DNA of 64,000 nucleotides from Candidatus Micrarchaeota archaeon (GTDB lineage Archaea; B1Sed10-29; B47-G15). Shown piece by piece: positions 48,651-58,354 of the stretch (positions within the stretch are counted from its first letter, which is position 1; each line of letters starts with the position of its first letter). Below the pieces are notes generated by a model that saw only the letters and a list, made by a program, of their open reading frames with translations, ran no database searches and was not told the origin of the DNA. Both the position numbers and the translations under genes were made by a program. The DNA lies in contig QMVG01000001.1 in the NCBI GenBank assembly GCA_003660975.1, forward strand, positions 96,001 through 160,000. Direction: 5' to 3'.

Positions 48651-49235
48651 ATGAAAATGATATACAAAGGTGCAGAGGCAGAATTATATAAATCAGAGTA
48701 TCTCGGAATGCCAGTTGTGCTAAAAAGAAGGGTTAAAAAAAGGTACAGGATAGAGGAACTTGACAGTAAAATAAGGGCATCAAGGACAAAGAGGGAAGTT
48801 GTGAATCTCATAAAGGCAAAGAAGGCTGTTAACACTCCTTATGTATATGACGTTAACATGAAGGCAATGGAAATAAGCATGCAATTCATTGAAGGGCCCA
48901 AATTAAAGGAGATTATTGAAGAAAAAGAGGAGTTGTCTGCTGAGCTGGGAAAACAAGTAAGAGCTATGCATGACATAAATATGATTCACGGTGACTTAAC
49001 AACGTCTAATGTGATAGTCAGTGGTGGTAAACTTTACTTTATTGATTTCGGCTTAGCTTTCTTTAGTGATAAGACAGAGGACAAGGCAGTGGATTTGCAA
49101 GTATTCAGAGACGTATTAAAAAGCAGCCATCACCGCGTCTGGAAGAAGCTTTGGGCTGCTTTTTGCGGTGGCTACGCTGATGAAAGAGTTCTTGAGAAGC
49201 TGAAAGAGATTGACAATCGGGCAAGATATAGATAA
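48651..49235 (+). CDS. bud32: KEOPS kinase Bud32
   Basis: KGAEA, KRRVKKRYR..ELD..IR..RT.RE, HGDLTTSN, IDFGL, EDKAVDL. Confidence 0.94.
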   Translation: MKMIYKGAEAELYKSEYLGMPVVLKRRVKKRYRIEELDSKIRASRTKREVVNLIKAKKAVNTPYVYDVNMKAMEISMQFIEGPKLKEIIEEKEELSAELGKQVRAMHDINMIHGDLTTSNVIVSGGKLYFIDFGLAFFSDKTEDKAVDLQVFRDVLKSSHHRVWKKLWAAFCGGYADERVLEKLKEIDNRARYR

Positions 49236-49264
49236 GCTTAAATATAAGCTGTTTCAGAAATATT

Positions 49265-49335
49265 ACGCTGTTCACACTAATTGTGTGAAACGCACTTATG
49301 AGGGGATGTCTGAACAGCGTCCGCCTGTCGTGCGT
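49265..49335 (+). promoter_or_regulatory. Candidate structured rps15 leader RNA
   Basis: Perfect 10-bp stem ACGCTGTTCA/TGAACAGCGT starting ~20 nt after TTAAATA; alternative stems present. Confidence 0.55.
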
Positions 49336-49343
49336 GTGATTAC

Positions 49344-49802
49344 ATGGCGAGGATGCATGCTAGGAAAAAAGGAAAGAGTGGCTCCACTCATCCTGCTGTA
49401 AAGCAAGTCCCTCGATGGGTGAAGCATTCTAAGGAAGATGTAATTGAACTAGTTGTTAAGCTGAGGAAAGAAGGAAAAAGCACAAGCATGATAGGCCAGA
49501 TTCTCCGCGATGTTTATGGAATACCCAGCGTGAAGGCCCTAGTCGGAAAGAGCATAAAGCAGATATTAGTTGAAAAAGGCCTGTATCCAGAATATCCTGA
49601 AGACCTAATGAACCTGATGAGAAAGGCTGTAAAGCTTAACAAGCATCTCAGCAACCATAAGATGGACATACACAATAAACGCGCTTTGCGGTTGATTGAA
49701 TCAAAGATAAGAAGGCTTGTCAAATATTACAAGAGAAGCGGTGTACTGCCGAAAGATTGGTATTACTCAGCGGAAAAGGCAGCTCTTATAATAAAAGAGT
49801 GA
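49344..49802 (+). CDS. rps15: 30S ribosomal protein uS15
   Basis: [40 protein letters not shown]. Confidence 0.97.
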   Translation: MARMHARKKGKSGSTHPAVKQVPRWVKHSKEDVIELVVKLRKEGKSTSMIGQILRDVYGIPSVKALVGKSIKQILVEKGLYPEYPEDLMNLMRKAVKLNKHLSNHKMDIHNKRALRLIESKIRRLVKYYKRSGVLPKDWYYSAEKAALIIKE

Positions 49803-49806
49803 TACT

Positions 49807-50382
49807 ATGGTAACTATAAAGAAGAGAAAAACTCAAGACACATGGAAGAAAAAGAAGTGGTATACAGTAGTGGCTCCAAAAATATTTGATGAGGTAGAAG
49901 TTGGGACTACTGTGGCCGATGCTGACAAAAAGGTTCTTGGCAGGAGTATATTTGTTCCCTTGTACAACATAAGTAAAAAAGCAGAGCATCAATTCGTTAA
50001 GCTCAAACTTAAGATAAAGGAAATAAAAGGAATGACTGCCCACACAGAACTGGTGGGCTTTCAACTGAGCAATGATTACATACGAAGGGATATAAGGCGT
50101 AGAAGAAGCATGATAAGAGCTATAATAACATTTATCCTGAAAGATGGCAAGAAAGTAAGAGTAACTGCTTATGCGTTTACATATCACAAGATAAAAACAA
50201 GCCAGAAGGATGCTATCAGAAAAATTATGATTGACGCTATAATAGAAAAAGCCAGGGGGAAGAGTTTTGAAACTTTTGTTAAGGATTGTGCTTACGGGCA
50301 TTACAATAAAGATATAATGAAAGCTATAAAGGTCATTTGCCCTATAAGGAAAGTTGAAATAGGCAAATGCAAGCTTGTATAG
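49807..50382 (+). CDS. rps3ae: 30S ribosomal protein eS1 (S3Ae)
   Basis: DTWKKKKWYTVVAP, YIRR.IRRRRS, CPIRKVEI.K. Confidence 0.92.
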   Translation: MVTIKKRKTQDTWKKKKWYTVVAPKIFDEVEVGTTVADADKKVLGRSIFVPLYNISKKAEHQFVKLKLKIKEIKGMTAHTELVGFQLSNDYIRRDIRRRRSMIRAIITFILKDGKKVRVTAYAFTYHKIKTSQKDAIRKIMIDAIIEKARGKSFETFVKDCAYGHYNKDIMKAIKVICPIRKVEIGKCKLV

Positions 50383-50392
50383 GTTATGTCCT

Positions 50393-51061
50393 ATGATAAA
50401 TATATTTTACATCCTGCCTTTTTTTATAGCTCTTTTGGCATATGAAGGAAAGGCGCTGACAGTATTGGGAGGCATAACAGGCATTCTTCTTGCATATGTT
50501 GTGTTAATATTGAGGGATGAAAAATGGTTTTTGATTCTATTTTTCTTCTTTGTTATTGCAAGTATTGCTACAAGGTACAAGGAAGACAAAAAGAGCAAGT
50601 ATGAGATAGTTAAGAAAATAAGAGGACCTGAGCATATATTGGCTAATGGAGGCGTTGCACTCATAGCAACTGTTATTGGCAACCCTTTTCTTTTTATAGG
50701 TAGCTTGTCAACATCTCTTGCTGACACAATGTCCTCTGAGATAGGGATGCTTTCTAAGAAGAAGCCAGTTATGATAACGACATTTAAAAAAACCAGAACA
50801 GGTGTGAATGGGGGAATAACGAGGTTGGGAAATACAGTTGCTTTATTGAGTGCTTTCTCGCTTGGGCTCCTGTCATTGATTATAGTGCCACATTACTCTG
50901 TTGTCTTAATATCCACTGTCTCTGGGTTTTTAGGTATGCTAATAGACTCTGTTATTGGGGCAGTCTGGGAGAACAGGAACATTATAGGGAATAATGCCAC
51001 GAACTTCATTGCCTCACTTTCTGGTGGCTTGATAGCTTGCATCCTATCCTATTTTATTTGA
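50393..51061 (+). CDS. DUF92/TMEM19 family membrane protein
   Basis: ILANGG, LADTMSSEIG, G.NGGIT..G, DSVIGA..E, N.ATNF. Confidence 0.88.
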   Translation: MINIFYILPFFIALLAYEGKALTVLGGITGILLAYVVLILRDEKWFLILFFFFVIASIATRYKEDKKSKYEIVKKIRGPEHILANGGVALIATVIGNPFLFIGSLSTSLADTMSSEIGMLSKKKPVMITTFKKTRTGVNGGITRLGNTVALLSAFSLGLLSLIIVPHYSVVLISTVSGFLGMLIDSVIGAVWENRNIIGNNATNFIASLSGGLIACILSYFI

Positions 51062-51080
51062 GCTATGTTTTATCTTAGTA

Positions 51081-51593
51081 ATGGATAGCGTGCTTGCCTT
51101 CATAGCAAATAGCTTTATCTTTATTCTTCCTGCTTACATAGCTAATGCAAGCCCAATCTTATTTGGGAACAGATGGCCTATTGACAGAGGTAAAAAATGG
51201 TTTGATGGAAGACCAATATTGGGAAAAGGCAAGACATGGGCAGGTCTGATTTCAGGGCTTTCTCTCGGAACCCTCACAGGTCTTGTGGTGGCTTATGTAT
51301 TATTCCCTAACCAATTGCTTTCAAAAGCATACTTAGCTTTCATGATGTCTCTTGGCGCGCTGATATTTGACATGATTACCAGCTTTGTCAAGAGACGTTT
51401 GGGATATAAAAGAGGAGAGCTGTTTCCTTTCTTTGACCAGGCAGACTTTGTATTGGGTGCTTTTGCTTTTACGTTTTTCATAGAATTTCCTGGTTTGGAC
51501 ACCTTTCTTTTTCTTATAGTAATAACACCTGCCATACACCTAAGCACAAACTTTATCGCGTATAAACTTGGCTTAAAATCTGTTCCATGGTAG
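51081..51593 (+). CDS. carS: CDP-archaeol synthase
   Basis: PAYIANASP, PID.G..WFDGRPILG.GKTW.G, SFVKRR, DQ.DF, YKLGLK.VPW. Confidence 0.93.
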   Translation: MDSVLAFIANSFIFILPAYIANASPILFGNRWPIDRGKKWFDGRPILGKGKTWAGLISGLSLGTLTGLVVAYVLFPNQLLSKAYLAFMMSLGALIFDMITSFVKRRLGYKRGELFPFFDQADFVLGAFAFTFFIEFPGLDTFLFLIVITPAIHLSTNFIAYKLGLKSVPW

Positions 51594-51636
51594 AGTAAGA
51601 CATAAAAACAAGAAAGCCACAAAAACCTTAAGACAA

Positions 51637-51709
51637 AGTCCCGTGGTCTAGTGGCCAAGGATCCTGGCCCTTGGAGCCAGGGGCGGCGGTTCGAATCCGC
51701 CCGGGACTA
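51637..51709 (+). tRNA. tRNA-Gln(TTG)
   Basis: AGTCCCG/CGGGACT acceptor (A1-U72), CTGGC-CCTTGGA-GCCAG anticodon arm, GGCGG-TTCGAAT-CCGCC T-arm. Confidence 0.92.
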
Positions 51710-51712
51710 TTT

Positions 51713-51837
51713 AAGCCGCGTGCGGCTTGCGGACATGGGATCTTCGATTGTCCGTTGCGCCGGACCAACGCATGGGATCTTCGATCCCATATGATGTGAT
51801 TGGCTTTGAAAAAACATAGCCGCGCAAGGTTTGCGGA
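51713..51837. repeat. Cluster of GC-rich hairpins and short direct repeats downstream of tRNA-Gln
   Basis: CATGGGATCTTCGAT at 51734 and 51771; AGCCGCG-n6-TTGCGGA at 51714 and 51818. Confidence 0.7.
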
Positions 51838-51838
51838 T

Positions 51839-52534
51839 TTAAAAAATACCCTCTCCAAATGGGTTTATAATCTTAAAACCAAAATTATCAATCTGTATTG
51901 AAAACTGCCTGTTTACTATTTCCGTTGCCGTCATCTTTTTGATGAACATAGTTGGGTTTATGTTGCCGTCAGATTCAACATATTTCAGTTCTATAACGCC
52001 ATCCGCTATGTACTCCTCTGGATTTGTTTTATCACTTTCTTTTTCTGAAACAAAAAGCACGGTGCAGTTCTTGCCTTTTAGGGACTTAATCAGATAATAC
52101 ATAAGGGTTCTGTACTGGCCTTCATTCTGCATTGAAGAAGCGATAGGGGCTATGCTGTCTACCACTATTCGTTTTGCTTTCATAGAGTCTATGATTTTAT
52201 AAAGTCGCAAGACAACATCAGCGTGAAACGTGCTCAGGTCAAACTTAGTGAATTCCATGGGATCAAAAGAGCTAAACAGCAATTTGCCCTCATTTTCGAG
52301 AGATTGAATATCCCACGAGAATTTCTCAGCATACCACTCAACATCAGTGGCATAACCTTCTATCTGCATCATAAAGCCTGCTTCTCCCTTTCTAGCTCCT
52401 TCGTAAAGAAACTGTAAAGCAAACACAGTTTTGCCTATGCCAGGAGGGCCTGTGATAACTATGCCTGAAGGGTGCGGAAAGCCTCCCTCAAGCACTTCAT
52501 CCAAACCAGTTATGCCAGTGCTTATTCTTTCCAT
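51839..52534 (-). CDS. Single-domain KaiC/RAD55-family RecA-fold ATPase
   Basis: RISTGI.GLD..L.GG.P, GPPGIGKT, RIVVDSI, EEYIADGVIEL. Confidence 0.88.
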   Translation of the reverse strand: MERISTGITGLDEVLEGGFPHPSGIVITGPPGIGKTVFALQFLYEGARKGEAGFMMQIEGYATDVEWYAEKFSWDIQSLENEGKLLFSSFDPMEFTKFDLSTFHADVVLRLYKIIDSMKAKRIVVDSIAPIASSMQNEGQYRTLMYYLIKSLKGKNCTVLFVSEKESDKTNPEEYIADGVIELKYVESDGNINPTMFIKKMTATEIVNRQFSIQIDNFGFKIINPFGEGIF

Positions 52535-52566
52535 CGCAGCTATAACACAAAAAGATTATTTAAACA

Positions 52567-54099
52567 TTAGTCAATAATTCTGTTTACTATTTCTGCGTAG
52601 GCAGGCCTTGCTATGAAGACTCCTATAAGCATTCCCAAAATAGTGGTTATAGCAAAGCCTTTCAGTGTTCCCATGCCAACAACAAGTAATGGCAACATAG
52701 CAAAGATTGTTGTCGTAGCTGCCATGAAGATTATGGAGAACGCCTTCTTTATTCGCGTTATTAAACTCAGTTCTACTTCCTTCTCCTTTCTCAATGCTTC
52801 ATCTGTTATAACGATTTGGTGGTCGACGCCCGTGCCTATGGCTGCTATGATACCTGCTACAGCAGGAAGGTCTATTTGCCAACCTATCAGAGCTGCAACA
52901 GCTAAGAGTATTATCAGTTCGGAGAAGCTTGTCATAGCTATTGAGAGCGCTATCTTTATCTTTCTGTATCTAATAAGCAAGACGGTGGCTACCACCATAA
53001 GCGCTGCTAATCCAGCAAGCACGCTGTAAGAGATGAAACGCTCGCTCAAGATTGGGGAGATTGTAGAAACACTGCCTATACTGACAGAAACAGGCAACCT
53101 GCCCGACTTCAATAATATGGCTACATGGCTTAACTCTTCTGCTGCTTTTTCCTTTGTGGCTGCATAGCCAGTTATGCTTGGGTTTGTTATTGGCTTGCCA
53201 GAAGTCACTCCAGGAGTAAGGTGAACTATGTTTTCAATGTTTATGGCGTCCTTTAGCCAGTAATCACTCCTCTTTGGAATCTCTTTTACATTAGCAGCAG
53301 AGCCGTTTAATGCTTTCAGAAAATATGAATCATAAGCTCCTTCTGGAACAATTACATTTTTTCCTCTTATCTTTTCTAATAGCTCCTCTGTTATCTGGTC
53401 AGCAACTGCAAGGTCAATGCCTGAGTTTTTCAGCAAGTCGTCTGCTTTTATCTTATTGGGTGAATCAATGAAATCATCTGGGATCTCTCTTTCATCTTCA
53501 TATAACTTTGGAGGCATCACGATTATCGCGTTTTCCGGCCTGTCTATAAACATGTAAACCTGTTCCTTACAGGAGCGAGAATTTGGCAAGGGCGTGCACT
53601 CTCCTTCAACAGCCTTAGCAAATTCTTCTGCTGCCTTGTTCGAAACCAAAAAAGGAACTGTCCATGTATACCCATTGCCTGAGGGATATGCTCCATAACC
53701 TTTTTGAGGGTCTGTTATAACTGAAATGATGTCTTCTCCTCTTAGCACAACCTTCCCGTTATAAAGCGTCTCAAATTTTCCCTGCTCGCCGAGCAATGCC
53801 TGTATCCTGTTTATTTCCTTTGGGTCGCTGGTTTTTGTTATCTCAACAACCACAAATTGCTTGCCCCAGGGCTTAACAGCCAACTGTTTTAGCCCATAGT
53901 TATTGAGCCTGCTCTGGAGAACATTAACAACTGTTTGCATTTCAGAGCTGCTTAAAGGCCTGTCTAGATTTATCTGTATCAAGCTGCCTCCGCTAAAATC
54001 CATGCCCAATTGAACAGGCCTTATCATCAATGTGAAAAAAGAAAGCAGCAGTGCTATGAGAAATATTCTAACCCTCCAGCTTTTCATTATTTCACTCAT
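52567..54099 (-). CDS. secD: Protein-export membrane protein SecD
   Basis: LGMDFSGG, LKSGRLP, IAAIGTGVDHQIVITDE, LKGFAITT. Confidence 0.92.
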   Translation of the reverse strand: MSEIMKSWRVRIFLIALLLSFFTLMIRPVQLGMDFSGGSLIQINLDRPLSSSEMQTVVNVLQSRLNNYGLKQLAVKPWGKQFVVVEITKTSDPKEINRIQALLGEQGKFETLYNGKVVLRGEDIISVITDPQKGYGAYPSGNGYTWTVPFLVSNKAAEEFAKAVEGECTPLPNSRSCKEQVYMFIDRPENAIIVMPPKLYEDEREIPDDFIDSPNKIKADDLLKNSGIDLAVADQITEELLEKIRGKNVIVPEGAYDSYFLKALNGSAANVKEIPKRSDYWLKDAINIENIVHLTPGVTSGKPITNPSITGYAATKEKAAEELSHVAILLKSGRLPVSVSIGSVSTISPILSERFISYSVLAGLAALMVVATVLLIRYRKIKIALSIAMTSFSELIILLAVAALIGWQIDLPAVAGIIAAIGTGVDHQIVITDEALRKEKEVELSLITRIKKAFSIIFMAATTTIFAMLPLLVVGMGTLKGFAITTILGMLIGVFIARPAYAEIVNRIID

Positions 54100-55112
54100 A
54101 GCCTTCCCTTCTTCTTCAGCTTTCTTTCCGCTGCCCAAAGCACTAAGCTAACGTTAGTTATCCACGTGGAAATTAAGTCTGCAAAGAGACCTACAAGAAG
54201 TATCATAGAAATGTTAGACAAAACCTCAATACCAACAGCAGTAGAGATAAGGTAAAGAGAGCTTACAGCTCCTATGGTCGTGCCTGTCATTGTGATGCCT
54301 GTCTTAAAAGCGCTTTTGGCCCTTTCATATATTGTTCCTGTCTTCCTTTTAAGTATCCTGTCAGTAAGCATTATATCGGAATCAACAGAATAACCTATAA
54401 GCATGAGAAGTGGTGCTATCGTCACAAGAGATAGTGGCATGTCCATAAAAGCTATGAAAGCTGCTGCGATAAGCACATCAAAAAATGCAGCTTGTATGAC
54501 AGCCAGAGAAACGATTGCCTCTCGGAAAAATAAAAAAACCAAGACAATGATAAAGATAAAGGCAAGAATTATAGCGTTCTTGGCCTGTTCCCAGAACAAG
54601 GCCCCTAAAGATGGACCAACATCTCTTATGGAAAAATCAGAGATTGGTGTCCCTGTTTTCTCTGAGATAAATGCAATAAGGCTATTCTTAAATTTTTCGT
54701 TGGCGTTTGAAAAGTATGTAGCTGCCACTTCGCTGGAATTGCCGCTAACATTCAGCTCCCCTGTAAAAGCTTTGCATATTTGGATGGTAGTGGCAAAATC
54801 TCCCCTGTTAAAAGCGTCTCTGGCAGCAATTAGTGAGCGTTCGCCTGCAAACTGGATGTAAATGCCTCTTGCCAATTGAGAACCTGTTTGCCTGACATCC
54901 AGCTCAACAAGGTTATAACTATTTAGAATTTCTCTTTTTAGTTTGTTTACGTCTATATCTTTGGATATGGGGGCTGTTATTAGGGTCCCGCCACTGAACT
55001 CAATGCCTGTTTTTATATGAAACACGTAAAAGAATGAGATGATTGTCAAGATAATTGGGATTATTAGCAATTTTTTATAATGTTTCCATTCATAAATATT
55101 TGGAATGTCCAT
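54096..55112 (-). CDS. secF: Protein-export membrane protein SecF
   Basis: GIEFSGGT, VGPSLG, LMLIGYSVDSDIMLT, TG.TMTGTT. Confidence 0.92.
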   Translation of the reverse strand: MDIPNIYEWKHYKKLLIIPIILTIISFFYVFHIKTGIEFSGGTLITAPISKDIDVNKLKREILNSYNLVELDVRQTGSQLARGIYIQFAGERSLIAARDAFNRGDFATTIQICKAFTGELNVSGNSSEVAATYFSNANEKFKNSLIAFISEKTGTPISDFSIRDVGPSLGALFWEQAKNAIILAFIFIIVLVFLFFREAIVSLAVIQAAFFDVLIAAAFIAFMDMPLSLVTIAPLLMLIGYSVDSDIMLTDRILKRKTGTIYERAKSAFKTGITMTGTTIGAVSSLYLISTAVGIEVLSNISMILLVGLFADLISTWITNVSLVLWAAERKLKKKGRL

Positions 55113-55130
55113 ATTTACCCCGTGATTAAA

Positions 55131-55853
55131 ATGAAAGCATTGCTCATACACAGTTCTGGCAAGAAGCTCCTCCTAGACCTTTCCATGCAAGAGGAATTCC
55201 ATACTGAGTTCGGGGTTATTAGAGTGAGTGATGTTAAAAAAGCTTTTGGAAAAACAGTTAAATCGCATCTTGGAGAGGTATTTTTAGTGCTTGAACCAAG
55301 CGTGCAGGATTTGGTAGAGGGCATGGAGATGTTTTCAAGGCCAATATACCCTTATGACGCTGCTGTCATTTGCGCAATGCTTGACATAAGGGCAGGCAGC
55401 AAGGTGCTGGAAGTTGGAACAGGTAGCGGTGGGCTAACACTATTTATGGCCAGGCTGAATGCAGAGGTAAGAAGCTATGAAAGAGAAAAAAAGGCTTATG
55501 AAAAGGCTGTTAAAAACCTTAATGGCTTCAAAAACGTTGACCTGATTTTTGGAGAGCCGTGGAAAGACAAGGGCAGTTATGATGCCATAGTGCTTGACAT
55601 GCAAAAGCCATATGAGGCAATCCCAAAATTAAAAAGCAAGCTTAAAGTTGGTGGCTTTATAGGGGTGTACACTCCAATAATAGATGATATAAAGCAGGTA
55701 TGGAGAAGCTTGGAAGAAAATGGCTTTTCAGATATTCATTCTATAAAATTAGGCTTTGAAGAGATAATAGTAAAAAAGTACGCGAGAGTAAAAGGTTTTT
55801 TCGGTTATCCTGGCTTTTTCATATGGGGCAGAAAGGTCAAGGATGCCATCTAG
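55131..55853 (+). CDS. trmI: tRNA (adenine-N1)-methyltransferase TrmI/GCD14
   Basis: FHT.FG, IYP.D, VLEVGTGSGGLT, YE, LDM..P, Y.P. Confidence 0.88.
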   Translation: MKALLIHSSGKKLLLDLSMQEEFHTEFGVIRVSDVKKAFGKTVKSHLGEVFLVLEPSVQDLVEGMEMFSRPIYPYDAAVICAMLDIRAGSKVLEVGTGSGGLTLFMARLNAEVRSYEREKKAYEKAVKNLNGFKNVDLIFGEPWKDKGSYDAIVLDMQKPYEAIPKLKSKLKVGGFIGVYTPIIDDIKQVWRSLEENGFSDIHSIKLGFEEIIVKKYARVKGFFGYPGFFIWGRKVKDAI

Positions 55854-57522
55854 GTTTGACAGCCACGCCAAAGTTGAAGTCAAGCATCTCCTTTGCTGAC
55901 ATCTTTGCTTCTCCGCTGCAAAGTAGGTTGTCTTCTTCATCAACGACCAAGACAACCTGGCCAGGAACTATCTCTGGGTCACAGGCCTTGACAAACTTGG
56001 CAAAGACATTCCTTCCAGAAGAGGCAAATTCCCTGACACTGTTGTCAACAACAACCCTAAATGCCTTCTTTCTTTTTGTTTTATCATGGAGTGTAAGAGC
56101 TGCCTCATGTAGGTACAACAGATAAGAACTTGCGTCAAAACTGGCTAATGTTTTATCTCCTTTGTGAACAGACCTCATGCGCTTTGTTAATTTGGAGCGC
56201 CTTATTTTTACATTTTTGCTAAAGACATTGCAGCCAAACCAATACTCGCTTATGGCTTTAAGTTTTTCATAGTCATCATCTGATTTCTTGAGCTTTATCT
56301 CATGCTCTGAGACAGTTTGATTGAATGGAAAACAGTCCAAAACTTTTATTGGAACCTTTCCATAAGGAGGAAAATCCATTTTCTTCCCTTTTACTTTCTT
56401 AATTCTTCTAATTGCTCTCTTTACAGCTGGCTGTTTTCTCGAATAGGGGGATAAAATAAAAATGTGTTTTTTAACTATGGGGTCTTGTGATTCAAGAAGT
56501 TTTGTATACTTCAACACTCTTTTGAAGGCTTTCAGCAGTGATGGGTGCGCCCTTGCCCTCACCTCCAGTAATTCCCACAAAGTTCCCTCATTTATTGCCT
56601 CTTTTATCCTTTCTATCTCTTCTAAGATGACATTGAGGTTGTGTTCTGCCAGTAATTTCTCTTTTTGAGGATGATTAAGGATATCTGAAACAGTGTTTCC
56701 TCTGCACACTGAGCAAGAGCAAGGTAGGTGCTTCATTTCTTTTAAATTAGATGTTCCCATCTCTGTAATATACCTATTGTCTCTTGCATAGAGAGCGTAT
56801 GATGCAGAATCAAAAAGGTCAACACCAATTGCTGCTGCAAAAGAAAAAAAGACAGGGTGTCCTGCCCCAAAAAGGTGAAGCAACCTATCTGAAGGCATAT
56901 TTGCCCTTGCAGCTGCTATGGCGTCTATGACTTTGTCATAATGATAATCTTTAAGCAAGGGAACCATGCTTCCAAGAGCGTGGATATCATAGTCAAGTGA
57001 TGATGCTTTGGTGGAGCTTTCTTTAACAAGCCTCGGAAACACGCTTCCCTGTATAGGGGCAACACGTAAGATGTTTTTCCTAAAGAGTTTAGCTCCCTCT
57101 CTTAAACGTTCTAATGTCTTATGAACATTTTGTTTTATTGTGGCATAATCTTTTGATGCAGTAGGTATGTCTAAGACAGTCCCTATGTCAACAGCTATTG
57201 CCTGTTGGAAGGCAATTATTTCCTCATTGCTTACATCGATGTCTCCGTATTCCATAAGTTGATAAGCTCCGCTGTCTGTCATTATTGTTTTGTTAAAAGA
57301 AAGAAAATCATGTACTCCTCTTGCGGTTACATCGTCGTAATGTTGCTTCCACAGGATATAGGCATTCGTAATTACTGCATCTACATTCATCTGTGAAGGA
57401 GGTATTAATATTTTGTTTGGGTTTATCACTGGCAATACTGTAGGAGTCTCTACCTTCCCATGTGCTGTCTCAAAAACATTGATTCTAGCAGCCAAATCGT
57501 GTGCTCTTACTTGAAGGCGCAC
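55837..57522 (-). CDS. tgtA: Archaeosine tRNA-guanine(15) transglycosylase with PUA domain
   Basis: ETP.VLPVINP, MTDSGAYQ, HLFGAGHP, DLFDSASYALYA, PCSCSVC, C-terminal PUA. Confidence 0.94.
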   Translation of the reverse strand: MRLQVRAHDLAARINVFETAHGKVETPTVLPVINPNKILIPPSQMNVDAVITNAYILWKQHYDDVTARGVHDFLSFNKTIMTDSGAYQLMEYGDIDVSNEEIIAFQQAIAVDIGTVLDIPTASKDYATIKQNVHKTLERLREGAKLFRKNILRVAPIQGSVFPRLVKESSTKASSLDYDIHALGSMVPLLKDYHYDKVIDAIAAARANMPSDRLLHLFGAGHPVFFSFAAAIGVDLFDSASYALYARDNRYITEMGTSNLKEMKHLPCSCSVCRGNTVSDILNHPQKEKLLAEHNLNVILEEIERIKEAINEGTLWELLEVRARAHPSLLKAFKRVLKYTKLLESQDPIVKKHIFILSPYSRKQPAVKRAIRRIKKVKGKKMDFPPYGKVPIKVLDCFPFNQTVSEHEIKLKKSDDDYEKLKAISEYWFGCNVFSKNVKIRRSKLTKRMRSVHKGDKTLASFDASSYLLYLHEAALTLHDKTKRKKAFRVVVDNSVREFASSGRNVFAKFVKACDPEIVPGQVVLVVDEEDNLLCSGEAKMSAKEMLDFNFGVAVKPRWHP

Positions 57523-57532
57523 CTAATCACCG

Positions 57533-58354
57533 TTATTTTGGAACGTATTTCTTCCTGAGCTTCTCTATCGCCCTTTCTCTTGCTCCTTTTTTACGTTCAC
57601 TGTGCTTTTTCTCAATGTGCTTCACCACGTGTTCACTTTCTTGTTTCTGTTTTGTAATAGCGGGTTTTCTCTCTACTTTTGCTTCCACTGCTTTTTTGCC
57701 TCTAGCTACAGATATTACGGTGCTCACAAGAATTATTAGTAAAATAATAAACAACATAAACCAGAATAACACAACTGTAATGTTTCCTCTAGGCTCTTCT
57801 CCACTATATAAGGACTCTAACTTAGCACTTACTCTCTCAGCGTCTTTTGTCATGCCCAGCTCTGCAAATTTTCCGTGGGCAATCTCATAAAAGTTAGAGG
57901 CATCTGTCCTGATGCCTGATTCCGCGAATAGGTCTCCTGCTTCCTCAGCTAAAACAGCGCCCTCATTATCATCAAGCAAAGATATGGCCTGATTGTAATA
58001 ATCCGATGCTAATTGATATGCCTCTATTTTTAAGTAATTCCTTGCTCCTAACTTTAATGCATTCACCTTCAATGTCAGGTCACCACCTGGCTGCAAACTC
58101 TTAGCAGCTGAGACATAGTTCAAAGCAGCAAGGCCATAATAGACATTTGCACTTGTGCTTTTTCCCTCCCTCTCAAAACAATTGGCGGCGTGTTCGTATT
58201 CTTGTGCGGCTGCGTAAGATGCTGCATACATGTCTGTGCTTGAGGCGTTTTCAAGAAAAGCTTTTGCTCTGCCCACATAAATATCACATTGGGCAAGAGA
58301 AACAGATAAGACAATCAAAATAAGAAAAGCTGTCTTTAAGTAATTTAATTGCAT
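57533..58354 (-). CDS. Secreted, C-terminally anchored helical-repeat (TPR/SNAP-like) protein
   Basis: Signal peptide, repeated A...Y..AA..F helices, TM helix, basic tail. Confidence 0.6.
   Translation of the reverse strand: MQLNYLKTAFLILIVLSVSLAQCDIYVGRAKAFLENASSTDMYAASYAAAQEYEHAANCFEREGKSTSANVYYGLAALNYVSAAKSLQPGGDLTLKVNALKLGARNYLKIEAYQLASDYYNQAISLLDDNEGAVLAEEAGDLFAESGIRTDASNFYEIAHGKFAELGMTKDAERVSAKLESLYSGEEPRGNITVVLFWFMLFIILLIILVSTVISVARGKKAVEAKVERKPAITKQKQESEHVVKHIEKKHSERKKGARERAIEKLRKKYVPK

Noticed and set aside
51839-52534. KaiC-like ATPase as archaellar ArlH
   Set aside because: Generic KaiC/RAD55 features, co-oriented with secDF rather than arlIJ
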